Assembly (NCBI GenBank): GCA_041571435.1
Contig: JBFFUI010000009.1
Coordinates: 1 to 60,346 of the forward strand
From: Sulfurimonadaceae bacterium
GTDB lineage: Bacteria; Campylobacterota; Campylobacteria; Campylobacterales; Sulfurimonadaceae
Direction of reading: 5' to 3'
Length of the DNA stretch: 60,346 nucleotides
Part shown: positions 47,064 through 55,847 of the stretch, in pieces
How the letters are laid out: every line of letters begins with the position of its first letter
Position numbering within the stretch: position 1 is the stretch's first letter
Translations under genes and position numbers: made by a program
The notes under the pieces: generated by a model
Database searches by the model: none
What the model saw: only the letters and a program-made list of their open reading frames with translations
What the model was told of the DNA's origin: nothing

Positions 47064-48230
47064 TTATTTGTAGTTTTTGACAAACGCTTCGATACGGTCG
47101 ATACCTTTTTTGATGTTCTCCATGCTTGTTGCAAATGAGAAGCGGAAATACCCTTCAGCCCCAAAACCGACGCCCGGTACAACCGCAATTTCAGCCTGTT
47201 CCAAAAGTGCTTTACAGAACGCCAGAGAGTCGTTTGAGATCTCTTTGATGTTGACAAAGAGATAGAAAGCACCATCAGGTGACAAGACAGAGAGACCATC
47301 GATGTTGTTGAACATCTCAACGGCAACGTCACGGCGCTCTTGAAAGGCCTTGCGCATCATCTCAATGTCAGCATCGGCACTACCGTCCAAACCGGTGATA
47401 GCAGCCATCTGTGTGATTGAATTGATGTTAGAGGTGCTTTGGCTCTGCAGCTTTTTAGTGGCTTTGATCAGCTCGGCATCGGCAGCAGCCATATACCCAA
47501 AGCGCCATCCCGTCATCGCGACCGATTTGCTCAGACCGTTGATCGTGATGGTACGTTTGTACATGTCCTCACTGATGGCAGCAGCAGAGGTGAACTCACC
47601 TGCATAAACCAGCTTTTCGTACATCTCATCACTGGCAACAAGGATATCGGTGCCTTCAAGGACTTTACCGATAGCGATCAGCTCCTCTTTAGAGTAGACA
47701 GCACCTGTCGGGTTCGACGGTGTCGTCAGGATCAACATCTTTGTCTTTGGTGTGATAGCAGCTTTAAGCTGCTCAGGTGTGATCTTGAAGCCGCTGGCAT
47801 CATCCGTCATGATCTCTACCGGTGTACCGCCGCTATAGAGCACAATTTCAGGGTAGGTGACCCAGTAAGGTGCCGGGATGATCACTTCATCGCCATCTTC
47901 GATGGTTGCTTGCATCAGGTTAAACAGAGAGTGTTTGGCACCATTGTTGACGATGACCTGATTCGGTGCATAGTCAAGACCGTTATCACGTTTAAGTTTG
48001 TCGCATACCGCCTGCTTTAGTGCCGGGATACCGTCAACCGCCGTGTATTTGGTAAAGTCGTCATTGATTGCTTTGATAGCTGCGTCTTTGATGACCTGAG
48101 GCGTACCGAAGTCAGGCTCGCCTGCAGAAAAACTGATCACATCCTTACCTTGGGCGCGCAACTCTTGAGCAAGCGTTGTAACGGCAATAGTGATAGATTC
48201 TGATAATGTATTAATACGTTTGGTTAACAT
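47064..48230 (-). CDS. aspC: Aspartate aminotransferase (class I/II PLP)
   Basis: GEPDF, PSNPTG, SDEMY and SKSVAMTGWRFG motifs. Confidence 0.9.
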   Translation of the reverse strand: MLTKRINTLSESITIAVTTLAQELRAQGKDVISFSAGEPDFGTPQVIKDAAIKAINDDFTKYTAVDGIPALKQAVCDKLKRDNGLDYAPNQVIVNNGAKHSLFNLMQATIEDGDEVIIPAPYWVTYPEIVLYSGGTPVEIMTDDASGFKITPEQLKAAITPKTKMLILTTPSNPTGAVYSKEELIAIGKVLEGTDILVASDEMYEKLVYAGEFTSAAAISEDMYKRTITINGLSKSVAMTGWRFGYMAAADAELIKATKKLQSQSTSNINSITQMAAITGLDGSADADIEMMRKAFQERRDVAVEMFNNIDGLSVLSPDGAFYLFVNIKEISNDSLAFCKALLEQAEIAVVPGVGFGAEGYFRFSFATSMENIKKGIDRIEAFVKNYK

Positions 48231-48315
48231 AGTTGTCCCTTGGGGTATCTATCAATCCTGTGCGGATAATAGAGGCAAAATATTGGCAAAATTATAGCAT
48301 TAATTGAATGAAAAT

Positions 48316-48693
48316 TTATTGGAAAAATAAATTTTTTATATAAAGAAATTGTCTCAATAGAAAAAAGATCACACAACCTAATAGCAGGCCGGTAACATCT
48401 GCAGCAATATCACTCCATGATGCGTATCGGGTAGGTAAAAAATATTGAACGATCTCTATCAGGATAGCATAGGCTAAAAGGATGACAGCTATATCTCTTG
48501 TCAAGAGCATCGGATTTGACAGTCTAAAGAGTATAAAGAGCACTGTAAAAGCGACAGAATGGTTTAGCAGGTCACTGAAAGAGAGAAGGGGCGGCAGTGC
48601 CTCATAGTTTGGCAGGAAGGCCAAAATAGTAATTGCGGTAAGTGCAATATAAAAAAGTGTTCTAAAGAACAGAGCAGGTGACACTATCTTCAT
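48316..48693 (-). CDS. VanZ family membrane protein
   Basis: DLLNHSVAF, IEIVQYFLPTR and DIAADVTG motifs. Confidence 0.88.
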   Translation of the reverse strand: MKIVSPALFFRTLFYIALTAITILAFLPNYEALPPLLSFSDLLNHSVAFTVLFILFRLSNPMLLTRDIAVILLAYAILIEIVQYFLPTRYASWSDIAADVTGLLLGCVIFFLLRQFLYIKNLFFQ

Positions 48694-48720
48694 ACACCCA
48701 TATTAAGGGGGAGATGCACT

Positions 48721-49422
48721 TTAGGTTTTGATCGCTTTGAGGAAAGAGTCGTAGATCTGTTCGAGTTTAAGATCTTCATCCAGCACCTCTTTGTTGTCTT
48801 TCATCAGGACATGTTCCAAGACTGCAACACGCTTGAGAAGGTACTCAAACAGCTCTTTGTTGATGTCCGGCAGTTTGTTGTGGCTGAACTGATCCTTGTC
48901 TCGGCCTTTTTCGATAACGTGTGCCGGGATACCGATAGCCGTTGAGCCATTGGGTACCTCTCTGACGACAACCGAGTTCGCACCGACTTTAGCCTCTTCA
49001 CCTATGACGATATTTCCAAGTACTTTTGAACCCGCACCAATGACAGCCCCGCGTCGGACTGTCGGATGGCGTTTGCCTTCGGTCAGGCTTACACCGCCGA
49101 GGGTAACTCCCTGATAAATCACAACATCTTCTTCGATAATACATGTCTCGCCGATGACAACACCGATGCCATGATCGATAAAGACACGGCGGCCGATACG
49201 TGCAGCAGGGTGGATGTCAATATTGGTGAAAAACTGGTTGATGCCCATCAGCATACGTGCAGACCGTCTAAAGTTGGCACGATGGAGCCGATGTGCGACA
49301 CGGTACCAGGCAATAGCCCAAACACCGGGATAATTAAAGATAAACTCAAATTTGCTGTGGATAGCAGGATCATTTCTATAAACGTTTACAAAATCTTCTT
49401 TTATTTCAGAAAATAGTCCCAA
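48721..49422 (-). CDS. cysE: Serine O-acetyltransferase
   Basis: DIHPAARIG, FIDHG, VVIGET and KRHPT motifs. Confidence 0.96.
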   Translation of the reverse strand: MGLFSEIKEDFVNVYRNDPAIHSKFEFIFNYPGVWAIAWYRVAHRLHRANFRRSARMLMGINQFFTNIDIHPAARIGRRVFIDHGIGVVIGETCIIEEDVVIYQGVTLGGVSLTEGKRHPTVRRGAVIGAGSKVLGNIVIGEEAKVGANSVVVREVPNGSTAIGIPAHVIEKGRDKDQFSHNKLPDINKELFEYLLKRVAVLEHVLMKDNKEVLDEDLKLEQIYDSFLKAIKT

Positions 49423-49473
49423 GTTCTGCCTTTGGATACGACGACTTGGCTTTTAGGCGTCGTAGTATAAATT

Positions 49474-51303
49474 TTAATTTGTGGTACGTAAATACCCATT
49501 TTGATAAAGATACAATTCCAGTTTTTGAAGTGTATCACTTTTTTCTTCTTCTGTCGTAAAGGTACTGTTTGCCAAATTATTTTTAAGTTGGATTAATATT
49601 TGCGATTTATCATAGCCGATATCATCAAGAATATCAAGGATATTGTCCGATTCTATGAGGTTATGAAGAAGATATCCATCCTCTGTTATCTCAACATTAC
49701 ACTCATTGGGATGAGTAAAAAGATTGTGACTCATACCAAGGGTCTCCTGATAGGCACCGATATTGAAAAAGGCAAGAAAATACTCTTCCTCATCAAGATC
49801 GACATCATGCAGATAGAGCGGGGCGCTTGTATCAAACTGGATCTCACCGTCACTGTCACAGGTGATGTCCCAAAGAGAAGCAGCACGGATAGCCGGTTCA
49901 TCCAGTTTGTTGAGCGGCATCACCGGAAAGTGTTGTGCCAATCCCCAATAGTCGGGCATACTTTGAAAGATAGAACTGTTTATGAGGTAACGTTCTTGAA
50001 GGCGTTCCTGCAGACGTGATAACTCATAGCTTCGGGACCCTTTCTTCATCCGGAGTGATTTTTTGATGATCTGATGGACCAGGATCTCTGCATTTGATCG
50101 ATCTTGAAGCGATACATAGCCCAAGTCAAAAAGGGTAAAAAGTGACTCTAAATGGTCTAACGCATCATGGATAAACTCCACACAGTTTTCGTTTGTCAAC
50201 AAGCTGTTCAGTACGCGTAGCTCTTCAATGATTGGGGGATTCGTTTCCGCAAAATTAAGAGATTTTTCCTGATAATCCTGTGAAAAAAGCTCAAGGACGG
50301 GCGTAATCAGAACGGCATGTGAGGCAATGATGAAGCGGCCGGACTCTGTATAGATGTTCGGGTGTTCGACCCCTTTGGCATTCATGATCTCTCGCAGGAC
50401 AAAGACAACATCGTTGGCAAACTCCTGTAGGGAGTAGTTTCGAAGACGTCTCTCTTCCATTTGGGAGTATTCCACAGCCAATCCGCCACCGATGTTGATC
50501 GAGCTGAGTCTATTCGCTCCCATCCGTTTGAGTTCGGCATAGACGTTTCCTGCTTCGCGCAAGGCTTTTTTGAGCGGTGCAATATCCTCCATCTGTGAAC
50601 CGATGTGAAAGTGGAGCATGGTGAAATTATTGATGAGTTGATGTTCCTGCATCATGCCGACAGCCTCTAGGAGCTCCGTTGCTGTCAGCCCGAACTTTGC
50701 GTCCATGCCGCCGCTTTTTGCCCATGAACCGGAACCGGCACTGTGCAGTCGAAGCCGGATACCGATGTTCGGCAGTTTCAGATTGGAGGTGCTTGCCACT
50801 TCGATGATCGATTCGAGCTCACCCAGCCCCTCGATGGTCACGGTGATATTGTGCCCCATCTGTGCCGCCATAAAACAGAGGGTGGTCATCTCGGTGTCTT
50901 TAAAGCCGTTGACCGTAATAGGTGAACCGACAGGCGTTTGTGCTATCGCCAATACAAGTTCGGCTTTTGAACCGGCTTCGAGACCGTAATTGTAAGGCTT
51001 GCCATATTTGATAATAGACTGTACCGCTTGCGGGTACTGGTTGACCTTCAGCGGGAATACCGCATTGAACGTACCGGTGTACGCATTTTCATTGATAGCC
51101 CGTTGAAAATTCCCATAGAGGTTGTCGATCTGCTTTCCGACAATATGTGGAAAACGGAGAATGATTGGTCCTCGCAGGTCACTGTTGCGTATGTCCTGAG
51201 TGATGGAGAGCAGCGAAGGCTGACTCCCTTTGTTAACACAGACTTCACCATCTTTAATGATAAAGTTCTCATTGCCCCAAATATCAATACCGTAATTATT
51301 CAT
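49474..51303 (-). CDS. speA: Biosynthetic arginine decarboxylase
   Basis: FPLKVNQ, GLEAGSKAE, HFHIGSQ, ESGR, DITCDSDG and GAYQE motifs. Confidence 0.96.
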   Translation of the reverse strand: MNNYGIDIWGNENFIIKDGEVCVNKGSQPSLLSITQDIRNSDLRGPIILRFPHIVGKQIDNLYGNFQRAINENAYTGTFNAVFPLKVNQYPQAVQSIIKYGKPYNYGLEAGSKAELVLAIAQTPVGSPITVNGFKDTEMTTLCFMAAQMGHNITVTIEGLGELESIIEVASTSNLKLPNIGIRLRLHSAGSGSWAKSGGMDAKFGLTATELLEAVGMMQEHQLINNFTMLHFHIGSQMEDIAPLKKALREAGNVYAELKRMGANRLSSINIGGGLAVEYSQMEERRLRNYSLQEFANDVVFVLREIMNAKGVEHPNIYTESGRFIIASHAVLITPVLELFSQDYQEKSLNFAETNPPIIEELRVLNSLLTNENCVEFIHDALDHLESLFTLFDLGYVSLQDRSNAEILVHQIIKKSLRMKKGSRSYELSRLQERLQERYLINSSIFQSMPDYWGLAQHFPVMPLNKLDEPAIRAASLWDITCDSDGEIQFDTSAPLYLHDVDLDEEEYFLAFFNIGAYQETLGMSHNLFTHPNECNVEITEDGYLLHNLIESDNILDILDDIGYDKSQILIQLKNNLANSTFTTEEEKSDTLQKLELYLYQNGYLRTTN

Positions 51304-51311
51304 GTGGCCTA

Positions 51312-52523
51312 CTAAAAATCGTCTAGCGGAATGGTGTTTTCCGTTTTTTCTTCCAAATCTTTAACCCAGATCGTTCCGTCGTTTCGTTCATTCTCACCTA
51401 TAATTGCACAGAATCGTGCATTGACCTTGTCAGCGCCCTTGAGGTGGTTTTTGAAATTTTTACTTTTGTACTCAACACTTACTACATCTGTTTTACGTTT
51501 GCGCTGTGCTGCCTTCATGATGTCAGGCAGCCCCTCGTCATCCAGAGTACCGATGTAGTAACCGCTGCGTCTGGTTTCCGGCATCTTGATCAACTCCAAA
51601 AGTCGTTCGATCCCGATTGCAAAACCGACGGCCGGGGTCTCTTTGCCGTCCAGAAACTCGACAAGCCTGTCATAACGTCCACCGCCCGCGATCGCTGATT
51701 GTGAGCCGATCTCGTCGCTGACAAATTCAAAGGCTGTTTTGGAGTAGTAGTCAAGACCGCGCACAAGGTGAGTGTTGACCTCATAGGCAATGTTGCTGTC
51801 ATCAAGTAGTTTTTTCAGCAAATCAAAATCGGTATCGCAGCCCTCGCAGAGGTTGTCCATCAGTTTCGGTGCTTCGGCATAGACCAGCTGGCAGTTGCCG
51901 TTTTTACAGTCAAGAACACGGATCGGATTGGTCGCCTTGCGACGGGCACAATCTTCACAGATATGTTCTTCGTGCGCTTCTAAAAAGCCGACCAGCTTTG
52001 TTCGGTATTCAGGCATACAGCTGTGATCACCCAGGGAGTTGATCTCGAGTTTATAACCGATACCAAGCGCATCCAAAATATCAACCAGCATCATGATGAG
52101 TGTGGCATCTTCAACAACACTGGCAACACCGAAACTCTCAATCCCAAACTGGTGAAACTCTCTCAATCGGCCTTTTTGCGGACGTTCGTAACGAAACATC
52201 GGACCGTGGTAGAAGAAACGGTGAATACCGCCCTGTTTGTCCAGTTTCTTTTGAATAAAGGCACGCACAACCCCGGCTGTTCCTTCGGGGCGCAGACAGA
52301 CGTCGTTGTCACCTTTGTCGATGAACTGATACATCTCTTTACCGACAATGTCGCTTGATTCGCCGACAGAGCGTTTGAAAAGGGCCGTCTCCTCCAAAAG
52401 AGGGGACTCAAAGTAGGAAAAACCGTAACGTTTGGCAATCGTTGTCGCTGTCGCAATAAAATATTCATAACGTTCCGAGTCTGGCGAGAACATATCATTC
52501 ATACCGCGTAGGGATTGAATCAT
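51312..52523 (-). CDS. hisS: Histidine--tRNA ligase
   Basis: LRPEGTA, FRYERPQKGR, VRGLDYY and GGGRYD motifs. Confidence 0.98.
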   Translation of the reverse strand: MIQSLRGMNDMFSPDSERYEYFIATATTIAKRYGFSYFESPLLEETALFKRSVGESSDIVGKEMYQFIDKGDNDVCLRPEGTAGVVRAFIQKKLDKQGGIHRFFYHGPMFRYERPQKGRLREFHQFGIESFGVASVVEDATLIMMLVDILDALGIGYKLEINSLGDHSCMPEYRTKLVGFLEAHEEHICEDCARRKATNPIRVLDCKNGNCQLVYAEAPKLMDNLCEGCDTDFDLLKKLLDDSNIAYEVNTHLVRGLDYYSKTAFEFVSDEIGSQSAIAGGGRYDRLVEFLDGKETPAVGFAIGIERLLELIKMPETRRSGYYIGTLDDEGLPDIMKAAQRKRKTDVVSVEYKSKNFKNHLKGADKVNARFCAIIGENERNDGTIWVKDLEEKTENTIPLDDF

Positions 52524-53101
52524 TTTGTATCCTTGATCTTGTTAATAATTTCTTCCGTAATTTTTTCAATTGGATCTGAAGCGTCGATAATGACAAGGTC
52601 GATTCCAAGCAATCCGGCAGCTTCAATCAAAGCGTCCTGTATTCCAAGAAGATAGGCTGTACCGCGCAATTCTATGCCGTCCAACTCTTTTTGCGAGAGT
52701 CTGAAATGCAGCTCATCCTCGCTCAATTGCAGCAAGAAGAGCTTTTGCGGGTAGATGCCATCGGTAGCGAAAGCATTGAGCGCAAGTATCTCCTCTTTTG
52801 CGATCGTCTCCTGGATCAGGGCATAGGCAACACCGGAAACGACGCTGCGATCCGAGATGACCAGCTTGTCAACGTTTGGTTTGATCACCTCCTGCATATG
52901 TTCGGCGCGATCGGCCAAAAAGAGGAGGAACTCCGCCTTGGCGCTCTTGACCTCGCCGCTTAGAACGATGTCGCGTATCTGTGTGCCGGTTTTGGTAGCG
53001 CCGGGCTCTTTGGTGATAACAGCATCGCAAAAGGCTTCTGAAAGACGTGCGATCTGTGTGCTCTTTCCAGCTGTATCGATACCTTCTATTGCAACGTACA
53101 C
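52520..53101 (-). CDS. tmk: Thymidylate kinase
   Basis: EGIDTAGKST, EPG, LADRAEH and SDRS motifs. Confidence 0.95.
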   Translation of the reverse strand: MYVAIEGIDTAGKSTQIARLSEAFCDAVITKEPGATKTGTQIRDIVLSGEVKSAKAEFLLFLADRAEHMQEVIKPNVDKLVISDRSVVSGVAYALIQETIAKEEILALNAFATDGIYPQKLFLLQLSEDELHFRLSQKELDGIELRGTAYLLGIQDALIEAAGLLGIDLVIIDASDPIEKITEEIINKIKDTK

Positions 53102-53583
53102 GACTTCATCCCCCCAATGATCTCTTGGACTTCCGGCGGAAGAAGGTGGTCGGTCTTACCGTTAAACTTTAACAGGTTTCGAACGATCGATGAACTGACG
53201 AAGGCATGTTTGAGGTTCGGCATCAGATAGACCGTCTCGATCTCTTTATCCAGCGAGTTGTTCAGGTACCCTAACTGCAATTCGTACTCAAAATCACTGA
53301 CCGCACGCAGACCGCGGATAATGATCTTTGATTCAAGCGAGTTTGCCAGGTCGACAGTCAGGTTATCAAACCCGACAACGCGTGCAGAGGGAACGCTTTC
53401 AATGGCGACTTCGACCATCTTGATACGTTCATCAAGCGCAAACATGGGACGTTTGTCGCGGGAGTCCGCTACCGCAACGATGACTTCGTCAAAAAGGTTG
53501 GCAGCGCGTTTGATGATATCAAGATGACCATTGGTAATGGGGTCGAATGTCCCGGGATAAAGGGCTATTTTAGGGCTAGTCAT
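53086..53583 (-). CDS. coaD: Phosphopantetheine adenylyltransferase
   Basis: YPGTFDPITNGH, RGLRAVSDFEYE and VSSS motifs. Confidence 0.97.
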   Translation of the reverse strand: MTSPKIALYPGTFDPITNGHLDIIKRAANLFDEVIVAVADSRDKRPMFALDERIKMVEVAIESVPSARVVGFDNLTVDLANSLESKIIIRGLRAVSDFEYELQLGYLNNSLDKEIETVYLMPNLKHAFVSSSIVRNLLKFNGKTDHLLPPEVQEIIGGMKSCTLQ

Positions 53584-54103
53584 TATCACTCCAGCGTTTA
53601 TATAAATTGTTTTCGATGCCGATCAAATCGAACCACTTTCCGATCATAAAGTTTTCCATCTTCTCCAAGCTGTCCTGTTCGGAGTAGTAGGCCATCACCG
53701 GTGGTGCGATGATGATACCGAGTGTCGAGAGTTTATGCATGTTCTCAAGGGCTATAGCTGAGAAGGGCATCTCTCTCGGCGCCAAAAGGAGTTTTTTCTG
53801 CTCCTTGATCATGACACTGGCTGCCCGTGTGGTAAGGTTGTCTGCAATGCCGACACTGATTTTGGCCAGGGTGTTCATGCTGCAGGGAATAATCATCATC
53901 GCATCCATTCCAAAAGATCCTGATGCGACGGAGGCCCAGATGGCCTCATCTTCATGCAGTGTGATGTTCTCTTCTTTGTCCAGTACGATCTGTGCATGAT
54001 CCGAGATGATAAGGTGTTTTTCAATACTCTCTGGCAGGGCACGTAGAGCTTTCAGACCAAGACTTGTACCGCTTGCGCCGCTGATGGCTATAAGGACTTT
54101 CAT
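53576..54103 (-). CDS. ubiX: Flavin prenyltransferase
   Basis: SGASG, ASGS, PCSMNTLAKI and PREMP motifs. Confidence 0.95.
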   Translation of the reverse strand: MKVLIAISGASGTSLGLKALRALPESIEKHLIISDHAQIVLDKEENITLHEDEAIWASVASGSFGMDAMMIIPCSMNTLAKISVGIADNLTTRAASVMIKEQKKLLLAPREMPFSAIALENMHKLSTLGIIIAPPVMAYYSEQDSLEKMENFMIGKWFDLIGIENNLYKRWSDND

Positions 54104-54229
54104 AACACCTCGACATTTGTCTGTAAATTTAATTGTAATAATAGCATTTTTAGCTGATTTCTATGTTTATAGCCCACAATCTCATCATATAGACACAATA
54201 TTATTCTATTGTCCCGTAAAGGAGGATGG

Positions 54230-54358
54230 ATGGATATGTTACTGGAGGTGTGGCTGACGCTGCTTTTGGCACCAGTCATGCCGGTGTCATTTATTATAAT
54301 GCTCAGAGGCAAGGGTGATATAGATTTAAGGCGTGTCGACAGGAGAAGGGGATTTTAA
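54230..54358 (+). CDS. Candidate 42-aa single-pass membrane protein (not in ORF track)
   Basis: AAGGAGG RBS; MDMLLEVWLTLLLAPVMPVSFIIMLRGKGDIDLRRVDRRRGF. Confidence 0.4.
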   Translation: MDMLLEVWLTLLLAPVMPVSFIIMLRGKGDIDLRRVDRRRGF

Positions 54359-54934
54359 CATCTCCAAAAAAGCTTTGATATAGTCTGCGGGAATTGTAAT
54401 AGTCGATCGGATGTTCTGGCTATTGACCAATGTGAGATCGGCACCGCTCTCCTGCACTTTTTGAAGCGCTTCAAGTTTGATATCAATTGTATAGTTTTTG
54501 TAGAACAAGCCGTTACGGATACTGGAGTAGTGCGGATGTATCTTCAAATCTTGCAATTGCGCTGAATAGACAGCTGTAAAGTCCCGCCAGCCGACAGCTC
54601 TTCTCTGCAGCCAGAGGCGGTAGCTTGCTTTAGTTCTTCTGAAATGTGCCTGGCTGTCAGGATCCGGCAGCCTTGCTATCAAGTACATCAGGTAACTCTC
54701 ATCAAATGTTACGATCTCATAGGGGAGTGTAGCAATAATCCTTTCATGAAATTCGGGTGCATAAGATATAATGCCGTGCTCTAAAAGGTAGTCGGCAGTG
54801 ATCTCCGGCAGCGGTTCGGGTGCCGGCAAAGGTTTTTCAGTATGCTGCGCGCATCCGCTGAACATTGCTATTGTGATAAAGAGTATACAGGCCTGCAGTT
54901 GCAGATAAACAGTTCGAGACACAGCAATATCCAT
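54326..54934 (-). CDS. Hypothetical lipoprotein
   Basis: Lipobox FSGC and Pro-rich linker; start uncertain. Confidence 0.7.
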   Translation of the reverse strand: MDIAVSRTVYLQLQACILFITIAMFSGCAQHTEKPLPAPEPLPEITADYLLEHGIISYAPEFHERIIATLPYEIVTFDESYLMYLIARLPDPDSQAHFRRTKASYRLWLQRRAVGWRDFTAVYSAQLQDLKIHPHYSSIRNGLFYKNYTIDIKLEALQKVQESGADLTLVNSQNIRSTITIPADYIKAFLEMLKSPSPVDTP

Positions 54935-55033
54935 TGTTAAGAGATTATCTGCCGCTTAGCAAATATCCTACTGGGGTTGTTCGGCAAGCGGCCTATTTTA
55001 GAGACAAATCATACCACAAAAGGGTAATCACAG

Positions 55034-55492
55034 ATGAAAATCGGCATTACGCACATTATGATGATTGTACTGCTCCATACCGTGTTTCACTTTTCACTCC
55101 ATGCCGAAGCGATCAGCAGCAAAACCTATGGCGCCGTTGTCGTCTCTGAGGTTACCAGCATCTATGACGGTGACACTTTCCGGGCAAATATCAAAGCGTA
55201 TCCCGACATTATCGGTTACAGAATCGGGGTACGTGTCAACGGTATCGATACGCCTGAGATGCGTGGAAAATGCGACCAGGAGAAGCAGTTGGCGCGAAAA
55301 GCGAAACAGTTTACTGTTTCGCAGCTGAGAGGGGCAAAAAAAGTCGAGCTGCGCAATATGAAACGCGGTAAGTACTTCCGTATCGTCGCCGATGTCTACG
55401 TCGATGACAAGAATCTTGCAGAGATGTTGATAGAAGAGGGTTTAGCAGTCACTTATGACGGCGGACACAAAGCAAAAGAGTGGTGTAAATAA
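55034..55492 (+). CDS. Secreted thermonuclease (SNase family)
   Basis: Signal peptide, IYDGDTF, VRVNGIDTPE, KYFR and LIEEGLA motifs. Confidence 0.9.
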   Translation: MKIGITHIMMIVLLHTVFHFSLHAEAISSKTYGAVVVSEVTSIYDGDTFRANIKAYPDIIGYRIGVRVNGIDTPEMRGKCDQEKQLARKAKQFTVSQLRGAKKVELRNMKRGKYFRIVADVYVDDKNLAEMLIEEGLAVTYDGGHKAKEWCK

Positions 55493-55587
55493 ACACTATA
55501 TAGTATCTTATATAGCTTTTGGAGAAATATTTCGAATTTCACATAACTTTAAGTTAAAGCCCCCTATAATTTCAGCCTTTCAAACAT

Positions 55588-55671
55588 GCCGCCGTGGTGG
55601 AATGGTAGACACGTCGGATTCAAAATCCGATGCAGCGATGCGTGCCGGTTCAAGTCCGGCCGGCGGTACCA
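55588..55671 (+). tRNA. tRNA-Leu(CAA)
   Basis: Acceptor GCCGCCG/CGGCGGT, anticodon arm TCGGA-TTCAAAA-TCCGA, long variable arm, GGTTCAAGT T-loop, encoded CCA; TATAAT at 55565. Confidence 0.97.
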
Positions 55672-55847
55672 CCCCTGATCCAATCCAATCAATATACAAA
55701 GCAACAGTGAAAGATATTTTGTTATTCATCTGTTCGAATCACCGCTAAATTATTAAACTGTCTGCCTACAAAAGCCACTTTAAGCACTCTTTTTGCTATA
55801 CTCTCTACACAAATAATAGATAGATTTCATACAGTAAGGAACACACT

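Noticed and set aside
49437-49464. TACGACG/CGTCGTA hairpin between speA and cysE as a terminator
   Set aside because: No U-tract on the coding strand and it lies inside a conserved operon; at most a stability element
55034-55800. tRNA-Leu as the integration site of an island
   Set aside because: No integrase and no duplicated tRNA 3' end seen; ftsK follows directly
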